A stretch of DNA of 64,000 nucleotides from a virus (taxonomy: Duplodnaviria; Caudoviricetes): positions 96,001 through 160,000 of the IMG/VR virus record IMGVR_UViG_3300033273_000833. One strand, 5' to 3'. Positions 8,263 to 17,701 of the stretch are shown here, one piece after another (the stretch's first letter is position 1; each line of letters starts with the position of its first letter). A program made the position numbers and the translations under genes. The notes beneath the pieces are model-generated. The model was not told where the DNA came from, did not search any database, and saw nothing but the letters and a program-made list of their open reading frames with translations.

Positions 8263-10533
8263 ATGAAAATTCTAACTATTCTATTATTGTCATCAATTTT
8301 CTGCTTTGGTGATGTTCTTTATTTTAATAACGGAAAAGACCTAAAAGGCGATATTATTGAAGCGAACGCGACACACGCATTAATTAAAAGATCAAGCGAC
8401 TTGCAGTTATTTAGAATCGCTATCGATTCTTTAACAGAAGACAATCGGGCGTATATTAAAAACAATTTTGCACCCAGCCATGAAGCTCTACCTAAGTTCA
8501 ATAAACCCTTGTCTGATAAAGAGTTAACTACCCACTCCAAATACATTGATAGTTTAATTGAAACAAAATTAAGATCATACAATCTTAGGTCGAATAAAGA
8601 AGTTGATGATGCCACTTTTTTGCGCAGATCTTATTTAAAAATTATCGGCAGAACACCATCATTAACCGAAGTAGACTCCTTTTTAAATAGCAGAGAAAAT
8701 AATAAAAGATCTAAATTAATTGATCAATTACTAGGCAGCGAAGGCTATGTAAGCCATTGGTTTAATTTTTGGGCAGATATATTAAGAATAAAAGATCGAC
8801 TGAATAATAGAATATCTGGAGTGCCATACAAAAATTATGTAAAAGATTTTATATCTAATAATAGGCCTTACGATGAATGGGTAAGAGAGATGCTTTCCTC
8901 TTCTGGCCCATTATGGATAAAAGGCAATGAAGGAGTTAGTTATTTTGCTCGAGATGTAAATATGCCTCTTGACAGCATGGCTAATACAGTCCGAGTTTTT
9001 TTAGGTACTAGCCTTGAATGCGCTCAGTGCCATGATCACCCTTTTGATCGTTGGACACAAAAACAATTTTATGAAATGGCAGCATTTACGAGTGGGTCAA
9101 CCAATTTAAGAATAAAGAGTCCAGATAATTTAACTCAGTTAAACAGGCTAGTGAGGGACGAAAGAAAAAAACTAGAAGATTCAGATCAGCCTCAAAAATC
9201 AAGACAATTATCAAATGCTGTCAGAGATATCCAAGATATTCTGCAAACTGGTTTAACTAGTTTAGGAAATGGTAAGATAAATTTACCGAAAGATTATCAA
9301 TATAACAATGCAAAACCAAATGAAGTTTTATTAGGTAAAACAATTTTTGGAAAAGAAATCGATATCAAAACTAAAGCTCCTGACGCTGGTTCTAGAGAGA
9401 TTTACGCTAATTGGTTGGCTTCAGATTCTAACCCAAGATTTACCGCTGTAATTGTAAATCGTTTATGGAAAGAAGTGTTTGGGCTTGCCTTAATTGAACC
9501 TCTGGATAATATGTTCGACGATACTCTCGCAACTGATACAAAACTTCAGTTACATTTGGAAAAAGTTATGGTTGCATTAGATTATGATTTAAAAGAATTT
9601 TTGAGGATATTATATAACACAAAGACTTTTCAAAGACAATCTGTAGTTCGAGATGTAATACCTAAAGACAATAAAGATCAGTCTATGCCTGTAGATGTAA
9701 AATGGATCATAGCTGGACCAAATGTAGAAAAGCAATCTCAAGGAGCAATTCCATATTTCTATCAAGGGCCAATACTCGAAAGAATGAGTGGCGAGCAAAT
9801 CTGGGACTCTTTAGTCAACTTAACCTTTAATGATATAGACTCTAGAAAATTAGAGCAAAACACAAAAGGTTACCAGAATTACGAAAATTTTTCCGAAATG
9901 ACTGGAGAAGAATTGTTTGCAGACATAATGGCTAAAATTAATAAAACAGAAAAGCCAAAAATAGAGAAGAAGACTAAGTTTTCTGAACCTATCAACACCG
10001 ACTGCCCCATAAAGCCTGGGAGGGCAATTGATCCAACATTATTAGCTCTAAACGAAAACGGAGAAACTCTTGCGTTTTGTTGCGAATCTTGCGTTGATAA
10101 ATATAAATCCCAGCAGAAAGCTAGAGAACAAGAGTATAAGCAGAATTTTGTTAAAGATAGAAACTCTGTCAGAGCCTCTGAACTGCCTTCCCCTGCTCCG
10201 ATTGGTCACTTAATCCGAGAGTTTGGAGGTTCGGATAGAGAGCAGATAGAAAATGCGCATAAAAGCGCCTCTGCAACACAAGTATTAAATTTACTCAATG
10301 GGTTTGTAGAAACTAGATTATTAAAAAATAAAAACTTTGAAATTATTAAAGCAATTCAATCTCAAAAATCATTAAATGATAAAATAAAAGTTGGATATAA
10401 ATACATACTAAATAGAGAGCCTGACACTAAAGAGTTAAGAATTTTTTCTGACAATTTAAAAAACGCAAAAGAACCTTATAAAGAAATAATATGGACGCTA
10501 ATCAATACTCATGAATTCATGTTTATTAAATAA
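8263..10533 (+). CDS. DUF1549/DUF1553 (PSCyt2/PSD1) protein with signal peptide, SHD1-like N-domain, CxxCH motif and YHS-like insert
   Basis: FLRRSYLKIIGRTP, WFNFWADILR, ECAQCHDHPFDRWTQKQFY, NPRFTAVIVNRLW, IWTLINTHEF. Confidence 0.9.
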   Translation: MKILTILLLSSIFCFGDVLYFNNGKDLKGDIIEANATHALIKRSSDLQLFRIAIDSLTEDNRAYIKNNFAPSHEALPKFNKPLSDKELTTHSKYIDSLIETKLRSYNLRSNKEVDDATFLRRSYLKIIGRTPSLTEVDSFLNSRENNKRSKLIDQLLGSEGYVSHWFNFWADILRIKDRLNNRISGVPYKNYVKDFISNNRPYDEWVREMLSSSGPLWIKGNEGVSYFARDVNMPLDSMANTVRVFLGTSLECAQCHDHPFDRWTQKQFYEMAAFTSGSTNLRIKSPDNLTQLNRLVRDERKKLEDSDQPQKSRQLSNAVRDIQDILQTGLTSLGNGKINLPKDYQYNNAKPNEVLLGKTIFGKEIDIKTKAPDAGSREIYANWLASDSNPRFTAVIVNRLWKEVFGLALIEPLDNMFDDTLATDTKLQLHLEKVMVALDYDLKEFLRILYNTKTFQRQSVVRDVIPKDNKDQSMPVDVKWIIAGPNVEKQSQGAIPYFYQGPILERMSGEQIWDSLVNLTFNDIDSRKLEQNTKGYQNYENFSEMTGEELFADIMAKINKTEKPKIEKKTKFSEPINTDCPIKPGRAIDPTLLALNENGETLAFCCESCVDKYKSQQKAREQEYKQNFVKDRNSVRASELPSPAPIGHLIREFGGSDREQIENAHKSASATQVLNLLNGFVETRLLKNKNFEIIKAIQSQKSLNDKIKVGYKYILNREPDTKELRIFSDNLKNAKEPYKEIIWTLINTHEFMFIK

Positions 10534-10895
10534 TCCCATTTCTTATATTTAAATATATAAATCATATTGCTTTTAATATAAATCCACCCCAACTTTTCTG
10601 CATAAAAATACCCTTTTTTGTTGGGCATATTATAAACCCATCCTAATTTTTTTGAATATATCCAATCATTGCTTATTGATTTTTGATAAGTTCCATATAC
10701 CCTGCCAAGCCCCTTCATATCGAACCATATAGACTTAGGTTTTTTCTGGCATTTAGCCATCCATTCGCCAATATCTAAAGGTTCTCTATATTTAGCTTTT
10801 TTTTTACACCAATCACAATCATCCAGAAAATCATCTAATTCAACCCTAGCTCCTGTACAAACGCAAATCATTACAAAAATAAAGAAAAACCTCAC
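10509..10895 (-). CDS. Secreted small protein with Trp/Gly repeats (KLGWVY, KLGWIY)
   Basis: Hydrophobic N-terminus, CDWC, repeated LGW motif; own GTGTAT motif 8 nt upstream of the GTG start. Confidence 0.55.
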   Translation of the reverse strand: MRFFFIFVMICVCTGARVELDDFLDDCDWCKKKAKYREPLDIGEWMAKCQKKPKSIWFDMKGLGRVYGTYQKSISNDWIYSKKLGWVYNMPNKKGYFYAEKLGWIYIKSNMIYIFKYKKWDYLINMNS

Positions 10896-10950
10896 ATTTA
10901 TGTATACACAAATTGTTTGATTTTTTAAAAAATGTGTATATAATATTATT

Positions 10951-12243
10951 ATGAACTTAAATACAATAGACGAATTAGGAAGAAGAGAATTTATAGCTCA
11001 TGCCGCCAGAGCATGTTTTGGAGTAGGGTTAATGCCGATGGCGGGGGCATACATACATAATAGTGTTAGCGCTTTACAGCCTGGAGCTAGAGTTCCAACA
11101 GCCAGACACGTTATTTATTTAAATATGGCAGGGGCAATGTCTCATCTGGACACATTTGGCCCGAAACCCGATGCTCCTGATATCCAAGGCCCAACTCAGT
11201 CTATTTCTACAAGTGCAGACGGTATTATTTTATCAGAAAATTTACCCTTAACCGCTCAACACATGCATAATGGCTCTATTATTAAAACAATGGTTACGAG
11301 TCAAGGCGCGCATGAGCAAGCAAGCTACCTAATGCACACAAGCTATCTTAAAAGAGGCACTATTGTACACCCAACTTTTGGTAGCTGGGTTTCAAAACTT
11401 TCAGGATCAATCAATAGAACGATTCCAAGTAATATAAAAATCGGCGGAGGCGGAGGTGGAGCTGGATTTTTAGAGTCTAAATACGGAGCACTTCCCATCA
11501 ATAATCCTTCATCAGGTTTAGCTAATAGTAAGATGGCTTCATACTTAGATCATGAGCATTTTCAGAGCAGAATATCTATTGCAGAACAGTTAAACGAAAA
11601 TTTCTCCACAGAGTTTCCTCAAAAGCAAGTTAGAGCTTATGGTGACCTCTATAAAGACGCCATTAAATTAATGAATAGCAATGATCTTAATGCGTTCGAT
11701 ATAACCCAAGAAGCTGAGTCAACAAGTTCTCTCTACGGACCAACTAATTTTGGTAAAGGCTGCCTACTAGCAAGAAGGCTAGTGGAGCATGGAGTAAGAT
11801 ATGTTGAAGTCACAAGAGGAGGATGGGACACTCATGACAATAATTTTGAAAGAGTAGCGGCTAATTGCGCTGATATAGACAAGGCCTTAAGTGGGCTACT
11901 TATAGACTTAGATAGAAGAGGTCTGCTATCAGAAACTCTAGTTGTTCTAACTTCAGAATTTGGACGCACTCCAAACATTAACGGCAGAGACGGCAGAGAT
12001 CACTGGCCTTACTGCTTCACAGCGTTCCTAGCAGGAGGCGGAGTCAAAGAAGGCTTTAGTTACGGAGAGACAGATAAAACTGGCAGATCCCCTACGGAAG
12101 GCAAACCAATTAAGCCTGAAGATCTGAATGCTACAATTGCTCATACGCTAGGCTTACCACTAAATGACTATCAGTATTCGCCGTCAGGAAGGCCTTTTAC
12201 CATAGCTCATAAAGGCGAGCCTTTATTTGATATTTTGGCTTGA
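10951..12243 (+). CDS. DUF1501 family protein with Tat-type signal
   Basis: GRREFIA twin-arginine signal; GAMSHLDTFGPKP, GGWDTH, SEFGRTP, GRDHWP. Confidence 0.9.
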   Translation: MNLNTIDELGRREFIAHAARACFGVGLMPMAGAYIHNSVSALQPGARVPTARHVIYLNMAGAMSHLDTFGPKPDAPDIQGPTQSISTSADGIILSENLPLTAQHMHNGSIIKTMVTSQGAHEQASYLMHTSYLKRGTIVHPTFGSWVSKLSGSINRTIPSNIKIGGGGGGAGFLESKYGALPINNPSSGLANSKMASYLDHEHFQSRISIAEQLNENFSTEFPQKQVRAYGDLYKDAIKLMNSNDLNAFDITQEAESTSSLYGPTNFGKGCLLARRLVEHGVRYVEVTRGGWDTHDNNFERVAANCADIDKALSGLLIDLDRRGLLSETLVVLTSEFGRTPNINGRDGRDHWPYCFTAFLAGGGVKEGFSYGETDKTGRSPTEGKPIKPEDLNATIAHTLGLPLNDYQYSPSGRPFTIAHKGEPLFDILA

Positions 12244-12274
12244 CAAATAATTTAAATTCATCTATAATATTTAG

Positions 12275-12871
12275 ATGAATAAATTACCAAAAATTATCGG
12301 CCTAACAGGGTTTGCAACGAGCGGCAAAGACACGTTTTTTACTGCAATTAATTCTTTAGCAAAAGATATGAATCTTCCAGAAATGACAAGATTTGCCTTT
12401 GCGGATGAACTTAAACGAGAATGTGATTCATTTTTAATTGAAAATGTAGGTATATCAGCTTGGACTTCTGAAAAAAAATCTAAAGAAATAATTAGACCTT
12501 TTTTGGTTACATACGGAACTCATATCCGAAGGAAGTTAGATCAAAATTGCTGGATTAATAAAATTAAAGATTCTGTAGAAAATTGTATAGCTAATAATGA
12601 GATTCCTGTCGTAACAGATGTACGGTACGAAAACGAAGCTTTATGGGTTAAAGAACAAGAAGGTATTATTGTCCAAATAAACAGAGAGTCTATCGGACCA
12701 GCAAATAATGAAGAAGAGTCTGAAATGAAAAAGCTTTCGAATTATCAAGATTTTTCTGTAGATTGGCCTACATTCGGCGCCGATAATCTATCAGAATGTA
12801 TGGGCTTCGCTAGATCCTTTTTGTCTCAATTAGGCTCAAGCATGGCAGTGGAATCTAATGCTTTTACCTAA
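12275..12871 (+). CDS. Deoxynucleoside monophosphate kinase (phage type)
   Basis: IIGLTGFATSGKDT P-loop, FADELK, VVTDVRYENE. Confidence 0.8.
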   Translation: MNKLPKIIGLTGFATSGKDTFFTAINSLAKDMNLPEMTRFAFADELKRECDSFLIENVGISAWTSEKKSKEIIRPFLVTYGTHIRRKLDQNCWINKIKDSVENCIANNEIPVVTDVRYENEALWVKEQEGIIVQINRESIGPANNEEESEMKKLSNYQDFSVDWPTFGADNLSECMGFARSFLSQLGSSMAVESNAFT

Positions 12872-13517
12872 TCAATACATACAAAAGCAAATATTAAATA
12901 AATTATTAATATATAATTCTAACTTTTTTGACTTCAAAAATAATTTATTCACTGAAGAGATCAACTTTATCCATAGATCGATCAAGAATATTTCAGCAGA
13001 AGACATTTTCTTGCATGAACATATATCAGTTTATACATTTTGTCCTCAAGTATTACCCTCAGGAGACATAAACTACGGAAGGTTTGCATTTGGTAAAAAA
13101 ACGGAAAATGAAACATTTAATCAAATAACATTAGAACTATTTAGTTTTTTTAATTTAAAGTTAAAACCAAAAAAAAATTTCTTTTTCTATGGCGTTGGAT
13201 GGGATTATAGAAATAATTTAATAAAGCTATATAAGCTAAGTTTTGATTATGAAAACATTTTATGCTTAGAATATTTTGTAGATCGCTCTGATTTCAATAA
13301 TAATAAGTTATTACGAAAAAAAATGTATAATATAGGAAAAAAAACTACAGTTATGCATAAAGATGATTTAAATATTGAGCAAATTAATTTAACTAAATCA
13401 AAAAAAATCTTCAATCATAAGCCCGTAGATAAGTTTTGTGAAGTAATGGAAAAATTAAATTTTAATTTAGATACATACAGTTTATATAACAATATCACAA
13501 CTTTGTATTTTGATTAA
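12858..13517 (+). CDS. Hypothetical protein
   Basis: 219 aa intact ORF overlapping the kinase stop. Confidence 0.55.
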   Translation: MLLPNQYIQKQILNKLLIYNSNFFDFKNNLFTEEINFIHRSIKNISAEDIFLHEHISVYTFCPQVLPSGDINYGRFAFGKKTENETFNQITLELFSFFNLKLKPKKNFFFYGVGWDYRNNLIKLYKLSFDYENILCLEYFVDRSDFNNNKLLRKKMYNIGKKTTVMHKDDLNIEQINLTKSKKIFNHKPVDKFCEVMEKLNFNLDTYSLYNNITTLYFD

Positions 13518-13561
13518 TTTTTTTCTTGATATTTGCCAAATAAAGAGTTATAATTTATAAC

Positions 13562-14382
13562 ATGAACAATAAATTCCTATCTATTCTTGAATATTCTTTA
13601 AATAAGTTTATGCCATATGTTTTAATTAGTTTTTTAGTGTTTTTTGAATTTGGATTTTATAAAGTTCAACCATACATAATCATGGGGCTATTGTGTTTTC
13701 TAGACAAACATTCTTTCAGAGTTGGGTACGCAGTAGCTCTTTGCGAACAAAAAGGTATCGATCTTGAGAAATGGGAAGAATAAGAGTGTAATCTTGTTTG
13801 TGCAAGAAAGAATTATAAATTTGCTTTTAACAATTATTGGTTGTTGTGTAGTATTCTATATTTTTAAACAAAATCACGAAATAACTTACTTGAAAGATAC
13901 AATTAGACTGCAACACGAAGCAATAGAAAGGCAAAATGTTTTAATCGACTTCCAAAAAAGAATCATGTATCCCGATAATTTCAAAAATGAATTTCAGCCA
14001 ACTTATAAATAAGCAATCATACAAGCGTATATTTAATATATTATATTCAAGTCATTATAAACATGAACGATCCTCTACCGTCTCAGAAATTGATGTAAAA
14101 TCGCGAGCAGCTTGGGATGTTTTATTAAAAACTCAGCCTCAAAGATCCAAGCATGAAATATATGTGGCTTTTTGTAAAGACTTTGAAAATAAAAAATTTG
14201 CTTGTGCAGAATTGCAGAACATTAAAAGTAAACTTTTTCATGATTTTGATCAAGTTGCTTGGCAGGAAGTTTTGGGTTCAAATATTATCAATCACACAGA
14301 TCTACCAGACGAAAAAATATGTGCAATAATTTTTTGGCACCTGACAATGAATTCTTTCGAGCTAAATAAGACAAATGGATAG
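13562..14382 (+). other. Three hypothetical ORFs (13562-13783 membrane; 13800-14012 TM plus coiled coil; 13987-14382)
   Basis: ORF track; second start moved to the in-frame GTG at 13800, 8 nt after GTGTAA. Confidence 0.55.
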
Positions 14383-15319
14383 ACAGCCTTGGTGGTTCGA
14401 TAGAAACCTTGACGAAATTATAGGAGAGAATCCTATTATTTTAAATAATGTTTACATTGGGGCGAAAGGCTCTGTTTTTAACGAGCAAAAACAACCTATA
14501 TACTTAAACAACATAAAGGAAACGCATGAATCTGCTAAATTCCACAAATCCCAAAAAATTCATGAACTTAAAGGAGAATATATATACATGCTTTCTGAAC
14601 ATGATATCCAAGTATATGGGCATATTGGAGAAGATTTCTCTAGGCTTAGATTTTTTGAGGATGATAAATTTAAAAAATGCTCGGTTCTTAAAAACGTAGG
14701 ACATTTCACAAGCTGGCAAGGGCTTAGTAAAAGAGAATGCCTAACAAAACATCTAGAATTTTTTGGCTACCCTCCATCTCGGCAAAAGGAATTAACCTTA
14801 AGCCCCTCTCCTTCGGGAATTACTTATAAGATAGACACCCTACATTTAGCGCCTCGAACCATTAATGTTGAAAGTATTAATTTTTTCACTCAAACATGGA
14901 GGAAAGCATTATCTCTCCCTCAATATAAAAATAAAAACAATAAAATTTATTTATCACGACCTCATCGACCAGATCAGCGCGCCGTGCTTAATAATTCTGA
15001 AGTTGAAAAGTATTTAAGGCAAGAAGGTTTTTATATATGGACAGGTAAAGAAAATCTTGAGGATCAAGTGCATCTTTTCAGGGATGCTGATGTAATTATT
15101 GGGCCTCACGGAGCCGCTTTTTTTAACTGCATTTTTTGCCAAAACAAACCTTTAATATTAGAATTCATGCCCTCATCAAGGAGTGTATATATGTTTCGAA
15201 ATCAATCTCATATTATTGGTAACAAGAACCATAAAGTAATCGAATGCGATTCGGATAAAAATTGGAATCATGAAATAAATATAGATATAATTAAAAATGA
15301 AATACTTGCTATACGATAA
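14375..15319 (+). CDS. Glycosyltransferase family 61 (DUF563) protein
   Basis: KIYLSR, R.VLNNSEV, QVHLFRDADVIIGPHGAAFFN. Confidence 0.8.
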   Translation: MDRQPWWFDRNLDEIIGENPIILNNVYIGAKGSVFNEQKQPIYLNNIKETHESAKFHKSQKIHELKGEYIYMLSEHDIQVYGHIGEDFSRLRFFEDDKFKKCSVLKNVGHFTSWQGLSKRECLTKHLEFFGYPPSRQKELTLSPSPSGITYKIDTLHLAPRTINVESINFFTQTWRKALSLPQYKNKNNKIYLSRPHRPDQRAVLNNSEVEKYLRQEGFYIWTGKENLEDQVHLFRDADVIIGPHGAAFFNCIFCQNKPLILEFMPSSRSVYMFRNQSHIIGNKNHKVIECDSDKNWNHEINIDIIKNEILAIR

Positions 15320-16049
15320 TCTAGTGCGCGGTGCAGGCCTTGGTCACTTAATGAATTGCTATAATTATGGTCTAGACTATAGCATCAGAGAAGACATGGA
15401 ATGGGTTCCTATCAGAATTAAGTGTGGACATCATTTAGGCTCAGGTGGGCATGTAATAGAAAATGAATTAGGGTTACCTATTTTCGAAGATTCTTATCGA
15501 GAAAATATTAAAAAAAACCATAAATACGAACATAAAGAGTATAATCCAAAATATAGTCCAACATCAGAATCTACAGAGCTGACAGGAAAAATATTAAAAG
15601 ACTGGTATACGACTTCTCGAAAAGGGCTCTCAAGTAAGTTTTTAAGTCAAGATAAAGTCAATATATGCATTTCGATTAGAAGGGGGGATATATCCGCCAC
15701 CCCAAACCATTCAATGAGAGATCGGCTTCGGCCCTTAAGTTACTATACAAATATGTTGAATGAAATTATTAAAGAAAATGGCGTATCTAAGTATAGAATC
15801 ATTCTCTCTACTGATTTGCGTGGGCATCGTGATTGCCTAGTTGATATGGACAACCAACCTCATTCAGTGGAAAAAATATTCAAAAACCACTTGGATGATT
15901 TAATATTCCTGCCTTTTTGCGAAGATGATCCAGACTCCAATGAATATCATACTTTTGATTTTTTTCATACAGCGATAGCTTCTGATTTTTTCATTGGCAG
16001 TAATAGTGGTTTTAGTCATATTATTGAAAATTATTATAGATCAAAATGA
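15297..16049 (+). CDS. Putative fucosyltransferase-like (GT11/GT23-like) protein
   Basis: GAGLGHLM start, ISIRRGD, DFFIGSNSGFS end motifs. Confidence 0.5.
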   Translation: MKYLLYDNLVRGAGLGHLMNCYNYGLDYSIREDMEWVPIRIKCGHHLGSGGHVIENELGLPIFEDSYRENIKKNHKYEHKEYNPKYSPTSESTELTGKILKDWYTTSRKGLSSKFLSQDKVNICISIRRGDISATPNHSMRDRLRPLSYYTNMLNEIIKENGVSKYRIILSTDLRGHRDCLVDMDNQPHSVEKIFKNHLDDLIFLPFCEDDPDSNEYHTFDFFHTAIASDFFIGSNSGFSHIIENYYRSK

Positions 16050-16501
16050 ATGAAAGTGAAAAAAAGTTTTGCGATATCTGTGTTTCAAGAAATTGGAGCG
16101 TAAAAAAAGCGTCAAAATATCAAGACATGCATGAGCATTGGGATTTTAAAGTGAGAGATTCTCTAATTGATGTCAAAGGGCCTAAAAAAACTTCTAGACA
16201 TGATGCTTGTTTTAATTATAATGAAGCTTGGATAGAGCTTCAAAATGTAAGAGGTCAAAAAGGTTGGCTTCGTGGTAAAGCAGATTATATAGCTTTTGAG
16301 CATATAGATCATTTTTTAATCGTGAACCGCCAAGACTTATTAAATTGGTGCAAAAATAAAATCGAAACCTCCTCTTTTGTTGCAAGTCCTAAAGAAGCTT
16401 TGTATAAACTTTATCGCCGAAAAAACCGCAAAGATATTATTTCTATTATAAAAATAAAAGATTTTCAAAAAGATATAAAAACTTGGAAACTCAAACAATA
16501 G
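16046..16501 (+). CDS. PD-(D/E)XK-like nuclease-fold protein
   Basis: HWDF...IDVKG and WIELQNV.G.KGWL pattern common in marine phages. Confidence 0.55.
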   Translation: MNESEKKFCDICVSRNWSVKKASKYQDMHEHWDFKVRDSLIDVKGPKKTSRHDACFNYNEAWIELQNVRGQKGWLRGKADYIAFEHIDHFLIVNRQDLLNWCKNKIETSSFVASPKEALYKLYRRKNRKDIISIIKIKDFQKDIKTWKLKQ

Positions 16502-16505
16502 TGCG

Positions 16506-16763
16506 ATGTACGACAATGGCTTAAACAATGGATTTGAAGAAGCTCATCAAAAAGGACTTCATCGAGGCTTTGATCTAGGCTGGTCATACAAAGGAAGGTT
16601 TGATCGCCAAATAATACAAGATAAAATAAACGAACTTAAGGTAAAATATGATATGCGAAAGTCAAAAAAAACTTTGCATGAAATTAACGTATTACAAACT
16701 GTTTTAGATCAAATAAAAGAACATAAATCTAACAGAGAAAATATAACTTTAAATTTTTGGTAG
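16506..16763 (+). CDS. Hypothetical protein
   Basis: 85 aa ORF. Confidence 0.5.
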   Translation: MYDNGLNNGFEEAHQKGLHRGFDLGWSYKGRFDRQIIQDKINELKVKYDMRKSKKTLHEINVLQTVLDQIKEHKSNRENITLNFW

Positions 16764-16786
16764 GCTTGTGTAAATAATGGAAAATT

Positions 16787-17290
16787 ATGAACTTATATAA
16801 CATTGCAAAACACTGTAATTCACCCGAAAAAGTATACGGAGTAGTTGAAATACCCAAAGACACAAACGTAAAGTATGAATATCGCCCTGATTTAGAAGCA
16901 TTTATTTATGATAGGAGCTTATTAAGCTCTATGGTTTATCCATCTAATTATGGCTTTATCCCTAGTACAAAAGCTGAAGACGGAGACGCCTTAGATGTGT
17001 TGATTTATAATGGAACTCCTATTGACAGAGCTACTATAGTAGAGTGTAAAATAATTGGTGTATTAGACATGGAAGACGAAGGGCAAAAAGATTACAAAGT
17101 TTTAGTAACTCCTGTTTCTCATGTTAAAAAATATCGAGGTCTTGAGGACATTGACCCTCATTTTTTAAATATATGTAAAAATTTCTTTTCTCATTACAAA
17201 GACTTAAATGGAAAAAAGGTAGAAGTTTTTGAATGGCATGATAGTGATTTTGCTAAAAATATAGTCGAAAAAAGTTATATCAAATATTAG
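16787..17290 (+). CDS. ppa: Inorganic pyrophosphatase, family I
   Basis: VEIPK..NVKYEY, YPSNYGFIP, DGDALDVL, DEGQKDYK. Confidence 0.92.
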   Translation: MNLYNIAKHCNSPEKVYGVVEIPKDTNVKYEYRPDLEAFIYDRSLLSSMVYPSNYGFIPSTKAEDGDALDVLIYNGTPIDRATIVECKIIGVLDMEDEGQKDYKVLVTPVSHVKKYRGLEDIDPHFLNICKNFFSHYKDLNGKKVEVFEWHDSDFAKNIVEKSYIKY

Positions 17291-17311
17291 TGGTGTAATG
17301 CTTTGTGTACT

Positions 17312-17701
17312 ATGGAACACAAACATCTTTTAATAAATGCAACTTTCAAGGAAACCCCATTTACAAATGTAGATTTCACAAATAAATGGCTTTTAGATAT
17401 TGTTGACTTAATAGGAATGGAAGTGCTTCACCCACCAACTTCTGTTAGATGCGAGCAAGAAGGAAATAAAGGCATTAGTGGGTTTTGCCTTATAACCACA
17501 AGCCACATTTGCTTACATTCATGGGAAGAGAGAGAGCCGAACTTACTGCAACTTGATGTTTACAGCTGTAAAGATTTTGATCGAAATTTAATTAGAAATG
17601 AAATCGAAAAATTCAAACCTCTTTCTTTTGGATTCAAGTTTTTGGATAGAAAAATCAAAAACACAAAAGGTTGGGCTGTTTTTGACGAAAATAAAGCGTG
17701 A
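17312..17701 (+). CDS. Pyruvoyl-dependent S-adenosylmethionine decarboxylase-like proenzyme, divergent copy
   Basis: GISGFCLITTSHICLHSW cleavage region, LDVYSC. Confidence 0.85.
   Translation: MEHKHLLINATFKETPFTNVDFTNKWLLDIVDLIGMEVLHPPTSVRCEQEGNKGISGFCLITTSHICLHSWEEREPNLLQLDVYSCKDFDRNLIRNEIEKFKPLSFGFKFLDRKIKNTKGWAVFDENKA

Noticed and set aside
1-12243. Bacterial chromosome O-antigen locus or genomic island
   Set aside because: No wzx/wzy/ABC export or housekeeping synteny; it is contiguous with phage hallmark genes and shares their GTGTAW motif
12858-13517. ABBA aromatic prenyltransferase (GVGWDY...KLY resemblance)
   Set aside because: The similarity is limited to one short motif and cannot be supported without a structure prediction
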